Below are positions 15,077-26,403 of a stretch of DNA of 64,000 bases, piece after piece. The notes below the pieces were generated by a model that was not told where the DNA came from, did not search any database, and worked only from the letters and a program-made list of their open reading frames with translations. Positions within the stretch are counted from its first letter, which is position 1; each line of letters opens with the position of its first letter. The position numbers were made by a program, and so were the translations under genes. Source of the DNA: Nemertoderma westbladi (taxonomy: Eukaryota; Animalia; Xenacoelomorpha); the NCBI GenBank assembly GCA_032718475.1, contig JAUCBJ010003225.1, forward strand, positions 32,801 to 96,800, given 5' to 3'.

Positions 15077-15260
15077 TTATTTAAAGGTTTTTAGGTTAAG
15101 GGGCGATTCCGATTCGGTCCATTGCTGAGAATGGAAACAATCGGTATTAGTTGAGTAACGTTTCAGCCTTCCCGCCCACCCTAGCCTGGACGTGTGATGC
15201 ACATGGTATATGGCTTGGTGTGTAGTGTTGAATTGTGACACGAGTGGTATCCAACTGGAA
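15077..15260 (-). pseudogene. Possible very degenerate Tc1/mariner transposase relic
   Basis: Two frames give QHYTPSH and HTSRL...FHSQQWTESESPLNL, loosely like QQDNAPSH / HTSR..W / WPPSSPDLNP. Confidence 0.3.
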
Positions 15261-15869
15261 ATTGCAGTACACAAATTGGATTTTGGACCAAATGAAATGT
15301 GCGTTAAGCGGGTCATCTAAATAATGATGTCTGATGACGTCAGAAATAGACTTTTCACCTTCATCCAACCTAATATGTCAGCTGCATTCGTCAAATGGGG
15401 CTGAGGACCTACCTCGAAATGCTGATCTAATAAAAGGAGGACATGTAAAAACATTCTAAATAATTAAGTAAAATAACATCAGAATTAATCGATTATAATA
15501 TCAGCATGGTAGATGTAATTTATGAGTTATGCTTTTTAATTTGTTTACCGAGTATGACTGGATTGTCGGTTAGATTTATGAATAAGTTTATTTTAATACA
15601 ATTAATTATTATGTCTGGACTCTCTTGGTCACAAGTCACATCCATATTCTTAATTTTTTTTGGCACTATATAAAAAGGAAGTACAATATAAATTACTTAT
15701 AAGCGTATTATTAATTAAGAAAATACCGCTTACTGTACAGTAAAACAGTGCAGCATTTTTATAGTTGAGATATGTATGCATGTGGCTCGTTAATTTTGCA
15801 CATAAAAATGCCCCCAATCATTTTTTATATATAATTTTACATAAATAGGTAAAATATAACAACGTTACG

Positions 15870-17786
15870 ATGCTCTTCCAAGGACTTATTCTCTTAGCGA
15901 TTCTAGTTAATGGAAAGAGCTCGCCGATCTGGACTTATGTCTGCAACACTATTTACGTGGAAGAAGATGGGTTGTGTGAGAAGCAGTTTAGTAGAATTAA
16001 TGAAAGTGTCCAAAGTTTGGCTACATGTCGACTTCGCTGCGGCACACAGGTGCTGTGGCCCCAGCCAAGGGAGTTTGTATCCAGTCACAATGTAACTTGG
16101 TTTTCTGCTGATGATATATTATTAGCAACCGTCCCATTGGAAGTGTCTTTCTCAAGACCGAATGAAGACGGCAAACGCCTGCTAGACCAAGCGACATTAA
16201 TATTTAAAGAAACATTAGCAAAGATGTACCCTCCAGGGATAAAACCAACAGCTACTGGTGTTAAATTCTATCTGTATGCTTCAATCAAAGATGCCAATTC
16301 ACGATTTGTTATAGGAGAAACTAGTGAAGAATATATTCTTTCAGTGACTAATGATGGAAATGATGGTAAGACTACTACCATAAAAGCAGAAATTAAAGCA
16401 GAAACTTTCTATGGGGCCAGACATGGTTTGGAAACCCTCTCTCAGTTGTTAGCTTACGACAATATTGAGAAGAACTTGGTTGTTGTAACAGATGCCACAG
16501 TAGTTGATTCTCCAGTATATCCATACCGAGGTATTCTTATTGATACAGCACGGAATTACGTTACAGTAAATGAACTAAAGAAAGTGATAAATGGTATGTC
16601 AATGAACAAATTGAACCATCTGCATTGGCATATAACAGATAGTGCTAGTTTCCCATTGGTCATTTCTTCTCAACCAAACATGACATTATATGGAGCGTAC
16701 AGCCCTGACATGGTTTACAGTAAGACAGATGTAAATGAGCTAATTGAATATGCCAATTTACGGGGTGTTGTCATAGTGCCGGAGATTGATGCACCTTCCC
16801 ATACCGCTAGTGGTTGGCAGTGGGGCGAATCAGCTGGTTTAGGGACCTTTGTTGCATGCTTGAATATCCGGGATTGGATGAAATACTGCGATGGTCCACC
16901 ATGCGGCCAGTTAAACCCAGCCAATCAACAGATGTATGATGTACTCTATGACATTTATAACGATGTCATTGATATGTTTAAAGCGCCAAATTTGTTTCAC
17001 ATGGGGGGCGATGAAATTAAAATTGAATGTTGGAAAACATCAGAAGAAATACAAAATTATGTGTATGAACACAGTCTATCTTATATGGACCTGTGGGCTG
17101 AATTTCAAAGAAAAGCTCTAAATGCCATTCAGAAACATTATGGTACTGATAAACCAGTTTCAACTATTATCTGGACCAGCAAATTGACCATTGATGGAAA
17201 TTTGCAAACCTATTTGAATAATAAAGACTACATAATACAAATTTGGACCAAAATTGACGATGAACAAGTGAATACATTATTAGAAAACAATTACAGAATT
17301 ATTTTATCGAATTCTGATGCTCTTTATCTGGATTGTGGATTTGGATCCTGGGTTGGACCACCTGGCGTTAATTGGTGCTCGCCATATAAGGACTGGAAGA
17401 CCATATATGAAAACGACCCAAAGAAGCTTCTTAAGAATTGGGATGTTAAAGGACATTTAGTGTTGGGTGGTGAAGCAGCGTTGTGGACGGAAGAGGTCGA
17501 TGATCTTCATGTTGGTGAACGCATCTGGCCGAGGGCTTCAGCTATGGCAGAACGATTCTGGACGGATCCAACACAGAATTACCAAAAGGCAGAACGTCGA
17601 TTAGTCTACCACCGGGACCGCATGGCCAGGCGAGGTATTACACCAGCTGCTATTCAACCCCTATGGTGCCTTCAGAATGAGGCTATGTGCTTCAGCAATC
17701 CGCCTTCATTCGCTGCGAAAGCTAACTCAAACAGTTTTTTATTCCTATTCCTTGTTGTTAACAGCCTTGATTGTATTATGTCCTAA
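15870..17786 (+). CDS. GH20 beta-N-acetylhexosaminidase (chitooligosaccharidolytic NAG1/Hexo1-like), 638 aa, single coding exon
   Basis: Signal peptide MLFQGLILLAILVNG; CRLRCG; YPYRGILIDTARNY; HWHITDSASFP; catalytic HMGGDE; LYLDCG; WCSPYKDW; GGEAALWTE; WPRASAMAERFW; hydrophobic C-terminal extension. No stops or frameshifts. Confidence 0.97.
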   Translation: MLFQGLILLAILVNGKSSPIWTYVCNTIYVEEDGLCEKQFSRINESVQSLATCRLRCGTQVLWPQPREFVSSHNVTWFSADDILLATVPLEVSFSRPNEDGKRLLDQATLIFKETLAKMYPPGIKPTATGVKFYLYASIKDANSRFVIGETSEEYILSVTNDGNDGKTTTIKAEIKAETFYGARHGLETLSQLLAYDNIEKNLVVVTDATVVDSPVYPYRGILIDTARNYVTVNELKKVINGMSMNKLNHLHWHITDSASFPLVISSQPNMTLYGAYSPDMVYSKTDVNELIEYANLRGVVIVPEIDAPSHTASGWQWGESAGLGTFVACLNIRDWMKYCDGPPCGQLNPANQQMYDVLYDIYNDVIDMFKAPNLFHMGGDEIKIECWKTSEEIQNYVYEHSLSYMDLWAEFQRKALNAIQKHYGTDKPVSTIIWTSKLTIDGNLQTYLNNKDYIIQIWTKIDDEQVNTLLENNYRIILSNSDALYLDCGFGSWVGPPGVNWCSPYKDWKTIYENDPKKLLKNWDVKGHLVLGGEAALWTEEVDDLHVGERIWPRASAMAERFWTDPTQNYQKAERRLVYHRDRMARRGITPAAIQPLWCLQNEAMCFSNPPSFAAKANSNSFLFLFLVVNSLDCIMS

Positions 17787-19612
17787 ATAATCTCGTATTG
17801 TTTGGGCGAACCACAGTGGGTGGCGACGCATTACACACACATAGATACATTTTACGTACAATATTTGTTATGAAATGGCGGTACTTCAGTTGGTAGCTCA
17901 GTTATTGTTATTTGGCCAGATTATCTGTTGGTTGGTCATTCAGTTATTCAATCTGTCATCCCTCTAAATTCGGGGCTTCAAGTCATTTTATCAAATATTT
18001 AATTTGTTGCTTGGTCTGGTCAGTCTCTCCTATGGGCCATGCGCGGTAAATCGGTCAATGGGTCAAATGAATACAGTAGGCCTGCACAGTCGACGTTAGT
18101 GCTTACAGTACTTTACTGAAATTTTGAAAATGATGATGTTAGTCAATTTTCTTTTTCAATTTAATTGGGTTTTTTTAATAATAAGTTATCTAATTAAATG
18201 AACATGGAAAGCCCACATAATTAGTGTTTATCAATCATGGCTGATAACATTTTGAACTTAAATAATTTGTTTATGTTATTGTGATTTAAATAGTATAATT
18301 ATGGCATGTTAAGTCCTTGAAACTCAACATTTCTTATTTTGTTAATGGCATATTGTAAAGTAAACAGATAAACAGTGTGATAAACAGATCACACATACAT
18401 ATCATGTGCTGCATTGAACAGGGTCACTAATGCTGCTTGTGGTAGTAGTTGTGTTATAGTATCCTTGCCATGTTATGGTTCCATAAGAATAGATTTATTA
18501 AAGGGAAAAATCGATCTTAAAGAAACAATAAATTCAAATTCAATTAAATTTAAATTTTTTCAATTTTTTCAACGAAGATTTTGGAAACGAAAATATTTAA
18601 TGAAATTTATTTTTTTGTTGGTACTTTTTTTTCTGTTACTCTATAGAATTAGATGCATCTAGAATACCATCAAACGACTTTAACCTATTTTTATTGTGCT
18701 ATTTGTATTTACGTATTCTCGTACTACCATTTTTTGACTCACCACTGGTTTGACTGCCATTTGCTTGTGTAGCCTTTTCGTTTGTTTATTCTTTCTGAAA
18801 TTCGTCAAAAACATATCTACTGTATCTATCTAACTAATGATTTTAATAGAATAATATCAGTTTGTGAAAAAGAACAGCAATCTTTTCCAAATACAGTAGT
18901 ATCTTGACTATCTTCCGCAGTATCGGTAGCAGGTATAAATAATACCAAATGTAAAGGTAGCCGGTGAAAAAACTTAAAACCAATAAGCTCCTGTAGTCTA
19001 TGTCCCTAAACAAAAGCTAACCAAACTATGTTTGGAAACTACCGTGGAATATGGAATCTATATTCCATCAAAAATATTCAGCCGAAGAATAATTGCATCA
19101 AGAGAACATATTGCGAAGGAATGATACTGGCTGCCAGCATCATAGCAACGAGTTCGTTGGGGCCTAGATCTAATCGTTCTGAGTCTAGAAGAAATATCAA
19201 ATCACAAAACCAAAACCAAAACTAACCATTAGGACCTACAGTACCTTGATTTCCAATCACATACACAATTTAACTTAGATAATACTACATAACAAGAGCA
19301 TGAATTGCTAGATTTTATAAATATAGGTCATTCAAGTATGAACGATAATGAAATGATGAATGTATGATAATGAAATAAAAGAATAAAGGACTTTTACGTT
19401 TTATATTCAGTTTTCAGCCATTTATCGTTAAAATTGATAAGTACGGAGTAACTGTCACCTCACCTAAGATAATATAAGATAATAATATACTGCTGGGGAA
19501 TAACGGATCCAATTTATGAATCATATTATTGACTTATGTTAAATCCGGCCCCACCTAAGATTGTAACCCATAAAACCGATAAATTTTAATATTTCTTCAA
19601 TTTAATTTTTAG

Positions 19613-19713
19613 TTAATAAAGATGTTGGCTCTCGTTGTAGTAATTTTCGGTCTCTGCTGGCTTCCCCTCCATCTCTTCATCTTGGTAACGGAACTCAACC
19701 GTGATCTATTAAG
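19613..19713 (+). CDS. GPCR exon encoding TM6 (not in the ORF track)
   Basis: tttttag|TTA ATA AAG ATG... = LIKMLALVVVIFGLCWLPLHLFILVTELNRDLL(R), ends AG|gtatgg; phase 0/2 fits both neighbouring exons. Confidence 0.92.
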
Positions 19714-19716
19714 GTA

Positions 19717-19950
19717 TGGTAAAGTAGGGGGTAGGCCTACTATTCACAAGCATTTATAGGGCTTTAGTGGTAAAGTGTATTTATACAGTAGGGGTTTGAT
19801 GGTAAAGTAGGGGGTAGGCCTAATACTGTACACACCAGTATTTATAGGGATTTGATGGTAAAGTAAGGGTAAGCCTACTACACACAAGTATTTATAGGGG
19901 TTGGTGGTAAAATAGGAGTAAGCCTACTTACTACACACAAGTATTTATAG
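19717..19950. repeat. Degenerate ~50-60-bp minisatellite, 4-5 copies
   Basis: Repeats of TGGTAAAGTAGGGGGTAGGCCTAC...CACAAGTATTTATAGGG starting right after the TM6 donor site. Confidence 0.8.
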
Positions 19951-20141
19951 TGGTATATGGGGATTTATTTGTTCAAATTAAGTCATTTTTAATGTTGGAA
20001 TGGTTCTTATCTGAGCTAGTAGTTATTGTCGCAGTGAAGCGTCTAGCCAGTAGTGGCATGTTCCCAGTAAGTGGATGAATAAATGTGAGTCAGGCGGGCG
20101 AATTTGGGCTACATCTACTGTGTTTCATTTTACCGTTACAG

Positions 20142-20255
20142 GTACAGAAATATCAATCAGGTTTACTTTGCCTGCCACTTTATCGCAATGTCTAACAGTT
20201 GTTCGAACCCTATTCTCTACTACAATATGAATTCAAGATATCGAAACGGAATGAG
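20142..20255 (+). CDS. GPCR exon encoding TM7/NPxxY (not in the ORF track)
   Basis: ttacag|G TAC AGA... = YRNINQVYFACHFIAMSNSCSNPILYYNMNSRYRNGM(R), ends AG|gtggg; phase 2/2. Confidence 0.93.
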
Positions 20256-20393
20256 GTGGGTTTCACATATCAAATAATTCCGACATACAGTAAGTAGTGC
20301 AGAATTGTTTATATAGTAAATGACATTGTACGTACATTAATTACCTATGTACAACCTGCAGTAGGTAACTATTCTAAAACCCAGCACCAGCCT

Positions 20394-20447
20394 ACAGGAA
20401 CAACGGTTCGGTCTTGATGATGGCTATGTTGGAACTCATCAGCCTGT
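20394..20447 (-). ncRNA. Degenerate type I hammerhead-ribozyme-like motif, probably repeat-borne
   Basis: Minus strand ACAGG-CTGATGAG-ttcc...agac-CGAAC-cgtt-GTT-CCTGT: perfect stem I and CUGAUGA, but imperfect GAAA and stem II. Confidence 0.4.
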
Positions 20448-21230
20448 GTGTGACCTTGCTATACTGTATAGCAGCGCTGAGTGGGCGTTTGGCTTGGGTT
20501 ACTGTCGAGTTGTTTTGGGGAACAACTTTTAATTCAATAAATGTAATAATGTGCCTAGTTTTACTAAAGTAATGCGATGCGATGTGAGAAATGCCTGTTG
20601 CATACTTACCCTGTATTAACTAACTGTAAGTCCCCCCCCCCCCCCCCCCCCTCCCTGCATACTCTAACCTACTACAGTTGTAGATGAACTCTATTGAAGC
20701 AACTCTATTGAACATCCATTACCTATTGTAGGCCTACATCCAAGGATGTAGGCAATAACTGACTGTTGAACCGTGCCGACCTCTGCGGGTTGACCAAATA
20801 AAATAATGTCATACATTTGTACACATGTTGTCAATACATTCTCATTTGCATTATTAATTTGTTTATTAGCAAGTCTTCTACTAGACATTATAAGCAGGAT
20901 GTTATTTTCAAAAGCAACCAAAGAAAGGTTATAAATAATTTATAAAAATGTTAAGACACAATAGTAACAATTATTAACAGAGTTCAAACAAAGACAGTAG
21001 TATGCGAAATATAAGGTATTTCGGTGACATATTCTTTAGGCCTAATAGAATTAATTAGACCTAAAAGTTATTGCAGTACGTTTATGGTAAATGGGCTTAA
21101 ATTTCATACATCTTTAAATGTGAGAATCTATTCGGTTTATTAAGCCAGGCCCCCACCCACCCTGTTCCCTGGAGGAATGCCTGTTTACCTCCATATACGT
21201 GATCTTCCACAGTAAACCCTTCCACTAGCT

Positions 21231-21553
21231 GTTTCCAACGGATTCTATTAAATCGCAACAGGGATCCCATTGAGAGACAGCTAAGTGGAAATCAAAATGG
21301 GTTCCGTAAAGGTCGTGGGACCATGGAGCCCATTTTGGCACTTCATCACCCCATCGTCATAATGATGATGGGGTGGTGGTAACTCCACATCCAGAATTTA
21401 GAAGTCAGATAGAATTAATCGGAAACTTAAGGTTTGATTATTTTGAGCAGCAGTAGTTCCAGTACTCCTCTATGAGAGTCCATGCTGGGCTCTATCACCT
21501 GTTGTGACACCAAATGTCTGGATGGCACATTCCCAAGAATGCTACGTCGGGTT
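21231..21553 (+). mobile_element. Two non-adjacent RTE LINE fragments joined by a hairpin filler
   Basis: ~21240-21343 matches RT region 23281-23386; ~21390-21553 matches the post-RT region 11110-11270. The junction carries CACCCCATCGTCAT-A-ATGATGATGGGGTG. Confidence 0.75.
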
Positions 21554-22015
21554 CCTTCCACTCTGTTTCCTAAAGGAATGCCTGTTCACCGCCATGGGTG
21601 ATCTTCCACAGTAAACCCTTCCACTCTGTTTCCTAAAGGAATGCCTGTTCACCGCCATGGGTGATCTTCCACAGTAAACCCTTCCATTCTGTTTCCTAAA
21701 GGAATGCCTGGTCGCCACCATGGGTTATCTTTCACAGTAAACTCTTCCATTCTATTTCCTAAAGGAATGCCTGTTCACCACCATGAGTGATCTTCCACAG
21801 TAACCCTTACATTCTCTGCTTCCTAAGTTGATTTAGTGACCAGTCAGCAGTCAAGGATATAAGCTTGGGTTGGGTAAGGATGCGGCATTGAAAGTACTGC
21901 ACAGTACGTGCAGTGCATTGGTTCATAATAGCACAGTTTGAGTCTGCCTAGGGATCGAACCTGGAGCCTCTTGATTGGGAGTCAAAGAATGTCAATTACT
22001 AGACCATTACTGTGC
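21554..22015 (-). mobile_element. tRNA-derived SINE whose 3' segment is tandemly amplified (63-bp unit x ~4.3)
   Basis: Head near 21950-22010 (CTAGGGATCGAACC, ACTAGACCA on +) as at 6065-6120. Unit CCTTCCACTCTGTTTCCTAAAGGAATGCCTGTTCACCGCCATGGGTGATCTTCCACAGTAAAC repeats over 21554-21825, with another unit at ~21165-21225. Confidence 0.8.
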
Positions 22016-22322
22016 TTCCTATTAATCTCTATCTACTACAACTGTAATCAAAGATAGTTGTTGATAGTTGTTTTAATTAATAATTAGCCACTACTAACAC
22101 ATTATTGGTATATATGAAAAAAGAGAATCATATTATTGCATTTTAACAAAACTTTCCATTCCCTCAGTTTATTATAAAATCTATAAATTACTAATTACAT
22201 GAATAGGCCCTACACTTTACCTATAAAGTGTGAGTATACCGTACACTGTACTCCATTAAAAAACGTAGCGACAGAATGGTAATAAGGAATAAAAATGCAA
22301 TGGAATTTATTATTATTTTCAG

Positions 22323-22653
22323 ATATCTTGTGTCTCGATTATGCCCATGTATGGAAATTTATATCTGGGAAGACTTGACAATAAATAGAAGACGAAGTAC
22401 TTTTCAATCGGCTCCACACAGCCGTCATTCGTCGTTCTACTTAAAACCAATGCGAACTAGACAAAACAGTTCGTTTGCAAACAACCACCGAATAACTCAC
22501 CAAAGCGGATCCTTAACAGTTGTGCCGAATTCCCATCTAAAATACCATAAGAAACATGTTGTTAAAGACGGCACTATAAGACGTTGTCACTCAACAAAGG
22601 AAGAGTTAATGGCGCAAAATGATCGCAGACATCAACTGTGTTTAGATGGTTGA
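22323..22653 (+). CDS. GPCR terminal exon (helix 8 / C-terminal tail)
   Basis: ttttcag|A TAT CTT... completes the AG+A Arg codon; YLVSRLCPC (palmitoylation-type Cys), Ser/Arg-rich tail, stop at 22651-22653. Confidence 0.85.
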
Positions 22654-22979
22654 AAACAATTAAATAAAGAAGGAGATTACAGTGGCGCTGTTTTCTAACC
22701 AAAACAATAAAGTAAACGTTATTTCACTTGCGGTCAATTTGCGCCACTATCTGCCTACGAAGATACCTAATAATGAATATTAGTTCTTATATAAATAGTC
22801 CATTAAACTACAAAGAGTATGTCTACTTAAATATAATATAAGTAATATAATATTATATATTAATTATATTTGAAACATTCCCCGAATCATACAGCTAATC
22901 ACCTATTGCTGTGGTTGCATGAAGTTATCGCTGCATCTGAAGTAGAACCCTGCAGACTCTAATACCAGACGAATCTTGG

Positions 22980-25128
22980 AATGAACTTGCATTCACCACC
23001 GCGGTGAAGACACCTCACAATATTAAGTCACTTGCCCAATATAAATCAGACGAGTCTTTGCCCAATAAAAATGTATCTAAAATTAAAAAATTAATGAAGG
23101 CCAACTCTCCAGTGTTTGGAACTCATTCACCCCATTATTGTGGACATGTATAGGACAAAAAGAGTCCCCCAAGAACTGAAAAACAAATAAGTTGGTGCCA
23201 GCCCCAATGAAGGGCAATCTAACAACCCGTGGATCTTTTCGTGGAATCTCATTAATCCCGATTGCTGCAAAGCTATACAACAGAATTCTATTAAATCGAA
23301 TCAGGGATCCCGTTGAGAGACTGTTATGTGGGAACCAAAATGGGTTCCGTAAATATCGTGGGACCATGGAGCCTATTCTGGCACTTAGAAGGATAATCGA
23401 AGAGTTATCAATAAAGAAAGACAGACAACTTGCTATTTATTATCCTTGTTAATTTCTTTAAAGCCTTCGACTCTGTCTCCCGACCACTTATGTTCAGCAT
23501 ACTGGCAGCATGTGGGATCCCGGAGAAAATTATTGCAGCTATCAGATCACTGTGCGATGGTTCCATCGCGTTTGTTACTACTGCTGATACAGCTCGACTA
23601 GAGCTGACACAGCTCTAGTCGAAGTCTTATGGGGAGTCCTTCAGGGTGACACACTTTCACCATCGTTATTCGTAATTGGCTCATTCCAAAATAAAGTACG
23701 GGACATTCGAACACAATTTTGAACTTTGATTGCCTGTACAATGTTATCCACAGCACATATGCGCACAAAATGGTGCTTGGATTGAACTTTCGAATATCAG
23801 CTTACATATGGGTACCATTGACGAGTTGTCTGTCATCTGTCTAAGATTTGATCGCTAATAACTCTATCATTTATTGATGAAATTAAACCGAACTTTGTAC
23901 GTATTCAGTCTGTCAACAGTTTAGAAAGAATCTGGGGTTTACGGAATCAAAGGTCACATATCAGACAGTATGTCTGTTGGTACTAATAGTTTCAGAATTT
24001 TTTTTTATTTTGGTACACATTCTAGTCTGTCAAATTCTTTCAATTTCTGAAATTGTAAACAATTATTACTGTACTTACTGACCTTCTTATCTGCTAAAAA
24101 ATTAGATTTTGTGATATTTATTGTAAAGTACGGGACTTTACATGCATAAATCCAAAGATTAGTTGACTGAGGAATGATTCTTAGTTCAAATACATACTTA
24201 TTTATATGCTTCCCCCTACTAAAGCATTATATAACACTCCTGGCTTCACATATTACATTAATACAGTGCACTAAAATGTAATCGCCATTATAATGGTAAA
24301 GTATGGAACAATTTTCAATTGGCCGCCATGACATTTCTGAGGGAGTGAAGATAAAACTAATTGTTTCATAAGATGAAGCAACACAAACATGCTTTGCATT
24401 CCACTGGGTGATTAGGCTGAGTTAGGCCTGCTTCTTTGTGAATAAACTAAAAATTTCACTATTTTAGGTAAAGTATGGCACATAATATATGACTAACTTT
24501 CTCGATTTCAATCCAGAGGAATGAAACACTGGTCAAATTAAATGAAACCAAAAAAAATTCGAAAATGGGTTTGTTTTTGATTTGGTAGGCCTAAATGCTC
24601 AGAAATGTTAATTTATTGGTTATAACAAGTGCCTACAGCAAGCCAAACTTTAGCAAAGTACCTTACTGATCTAGACTTTGCTGATGACTTATGGGTACTG
24701 TTAGAATCACGAGAGGGAGCCGAAAGCCTCCTCTGCTTAATGGAACAAGTTGCTTCTAGTGTTGGTCTTTTTGTAAATTCCAAGAAGACCAATAACATGA
24801 AGGTCAATCTAGACAGCCCTCAAGAAATCTCTGATCGTAAGGGCATAAGCTCTAAGGATGGCTTTCTTGAACACGTGGATGACTTCTGCTACTTGGGATC
24901 ATGGATCAGAAAGTCAGGTGAAGACCTTCGAACACGTAACGGGAAGACATGGGCAGCGTTAAATTGTCTCTCCAGGATTTGGAAGTCGCATAGAATAAAA
25001 TGGAACCTTAACGTTTGATTATTTATGACAGCAGTAGTACCGTCAGTACTCTTATGAGAGTCCATGCTGGGCTCTAACTGTAGAGGATACCAAATCTCTG
25101 CATGGCACATTCACAAGATGCTGCGCTG
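22980..25128 (+). pseudogene. Old RTE-clade LINE reverse transcriptase, left part
   Basis: FRGISLIPIAAKLYNRILLNRI, QNGFR, FFKAFDSV, GVLQGDTL and LDFADD across frameshifted ORFs. Interrupted at 23678-~24630 and at 25129; continues at 39026. Confidence 0.9.
23678..24630. mobile_element. Non-LINE insertion inside the RTE copy, possible truncated DNA transposon
   Basis: LINE homology stops after the GVLQGDTL..LF region and resumes before YLTDLDFADD. The insert starts GGCTCATTCC (ISL2EU/Harbinger-like end); no matching right TIR. Confidence 0.45.
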
Positions 25129-25189
25129 TATGGCATACTTTTGGTTTTTTTATTCAATGTGTGGTGGGGTTTTTTTTCATGTATCATAG

Positions 25190-25632
25190 GAACGAATTAT
25201 TTCGCGAAAAAATTAATTGTTTCTCGCAAAAATGAATTGTTTCGCGTAAAAATTAATTGTTTCGCGTAAAAATTAATTGTTTCGCGTAAAAATTAATTGT
25301 TTCGCATAAAAATTAATTGTTACGCGCAAAAATGAATTGTTTCGCGTAAAAATTAATTGTTTCGCGTAAAAATTAATTGTTTCGCGTAAAAATTAATTGT
25401 CACGCGCAAAAATGAATTGTTTCGCGTAAAAATGAATTGTTTCGCGTAAAAATGAATTGTTTCGCGTAAAAATTAATTGTTTCGCGTAAAAATTAATTGT
25501 TTCGCGTAAAAATTAATTGTTACGCGCAAAAATGAATTGTTTCGCGTAAAAATCAATTGTTTCGCGTAAAAATGAATTGTTTCGCGTAAAAATTAATTGT
25601 TACGCGTAAAAATTATTTGTTTCTCGCAATTA
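25190..25632 (+). repeat. 20-bp tandem array in left TIR (~21 copies)
   Basis: Unit AAAAATTAATTGTTTCGCGT. Confidence 0.95.
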
Positions 25633-25742
25633 ACTGATTGGTGCTGAGTAGTACTGCATTTCTGCACTTTGACTAAGGTACAACTGTACACCTATAGGCC
25701 TATTCTGTAAGCTAGGCTAGAGTTCCTGAAAACTTGGTGCCT

Positions 25743-26340
25743 TGGATCCGGAAGTCAGGTGAGGACCTTCGAATACGTAAGGGAAAGGCATGGGCAGCCT
25801 TGAATAGGCTTTCCAGGATTTGGAAGTCACCGAGAATTAATCGGAAACTGAAGGTCCGATTATTTATTTAGAGCAGCAGTAGTTCCAGTACTCCTCTACG
25901 GGAGTCCATGCTGGGCTCTAACTGCTGAGGACACCAAATCTCTGGATGGCACATTCACAAGAATGCTACGCCGGGTTCATTGTGTCATGTACAATGCACA
26001 CATTTCCAACCAGACACTATATAACATTCGAGGTGTCTCATTGGTTCCCCCAAGCTTGACACTAGAACAAAATCGCCTCCGCTTTGCAGGACATTGCTTT
26101 CGCCGTGAGGACCAGCCAGTGCATAAACTTGTACTTTGGCAGCCTCATGGAGTGAATAAGCATGGTGGACAGCCCATGACTTTCTTGAGACGCATCTTAA
26201 AGGACACTGGCCTTAAAGATGCGGATGATCTAGCAAATGTCATGGGTGATAGGGAGTTGTGGCGGTGCAATTGTGTTGACATGCCGGCACAGCATTCTTA
26301 AAAATGCAGCTGCAATGCAGCATGCCGATCCTAGTAGTAG
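25743..26340 (+). mobile_element. 5'-truncated young RTE LINE nested in the IS3EU element
   Basis: Near-identical to 11085-11640; (TAG)n tail; 8-bp TSD TGGTGCCT (25735-25742 / 26341-26348). Confidence 0.93.
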
Positions 26341-26403
26341 TGGTGCCTGGTTCACACAGAACTAACTGACTAACAAACTATTAACATAACTTCCGATAAC
26401 TTT

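Noticed and set aside
22276-22322. N-terminal part of the 125-aa ORF in the track
   Set aside because: Intronic; the acceptor is at 22321-22322.
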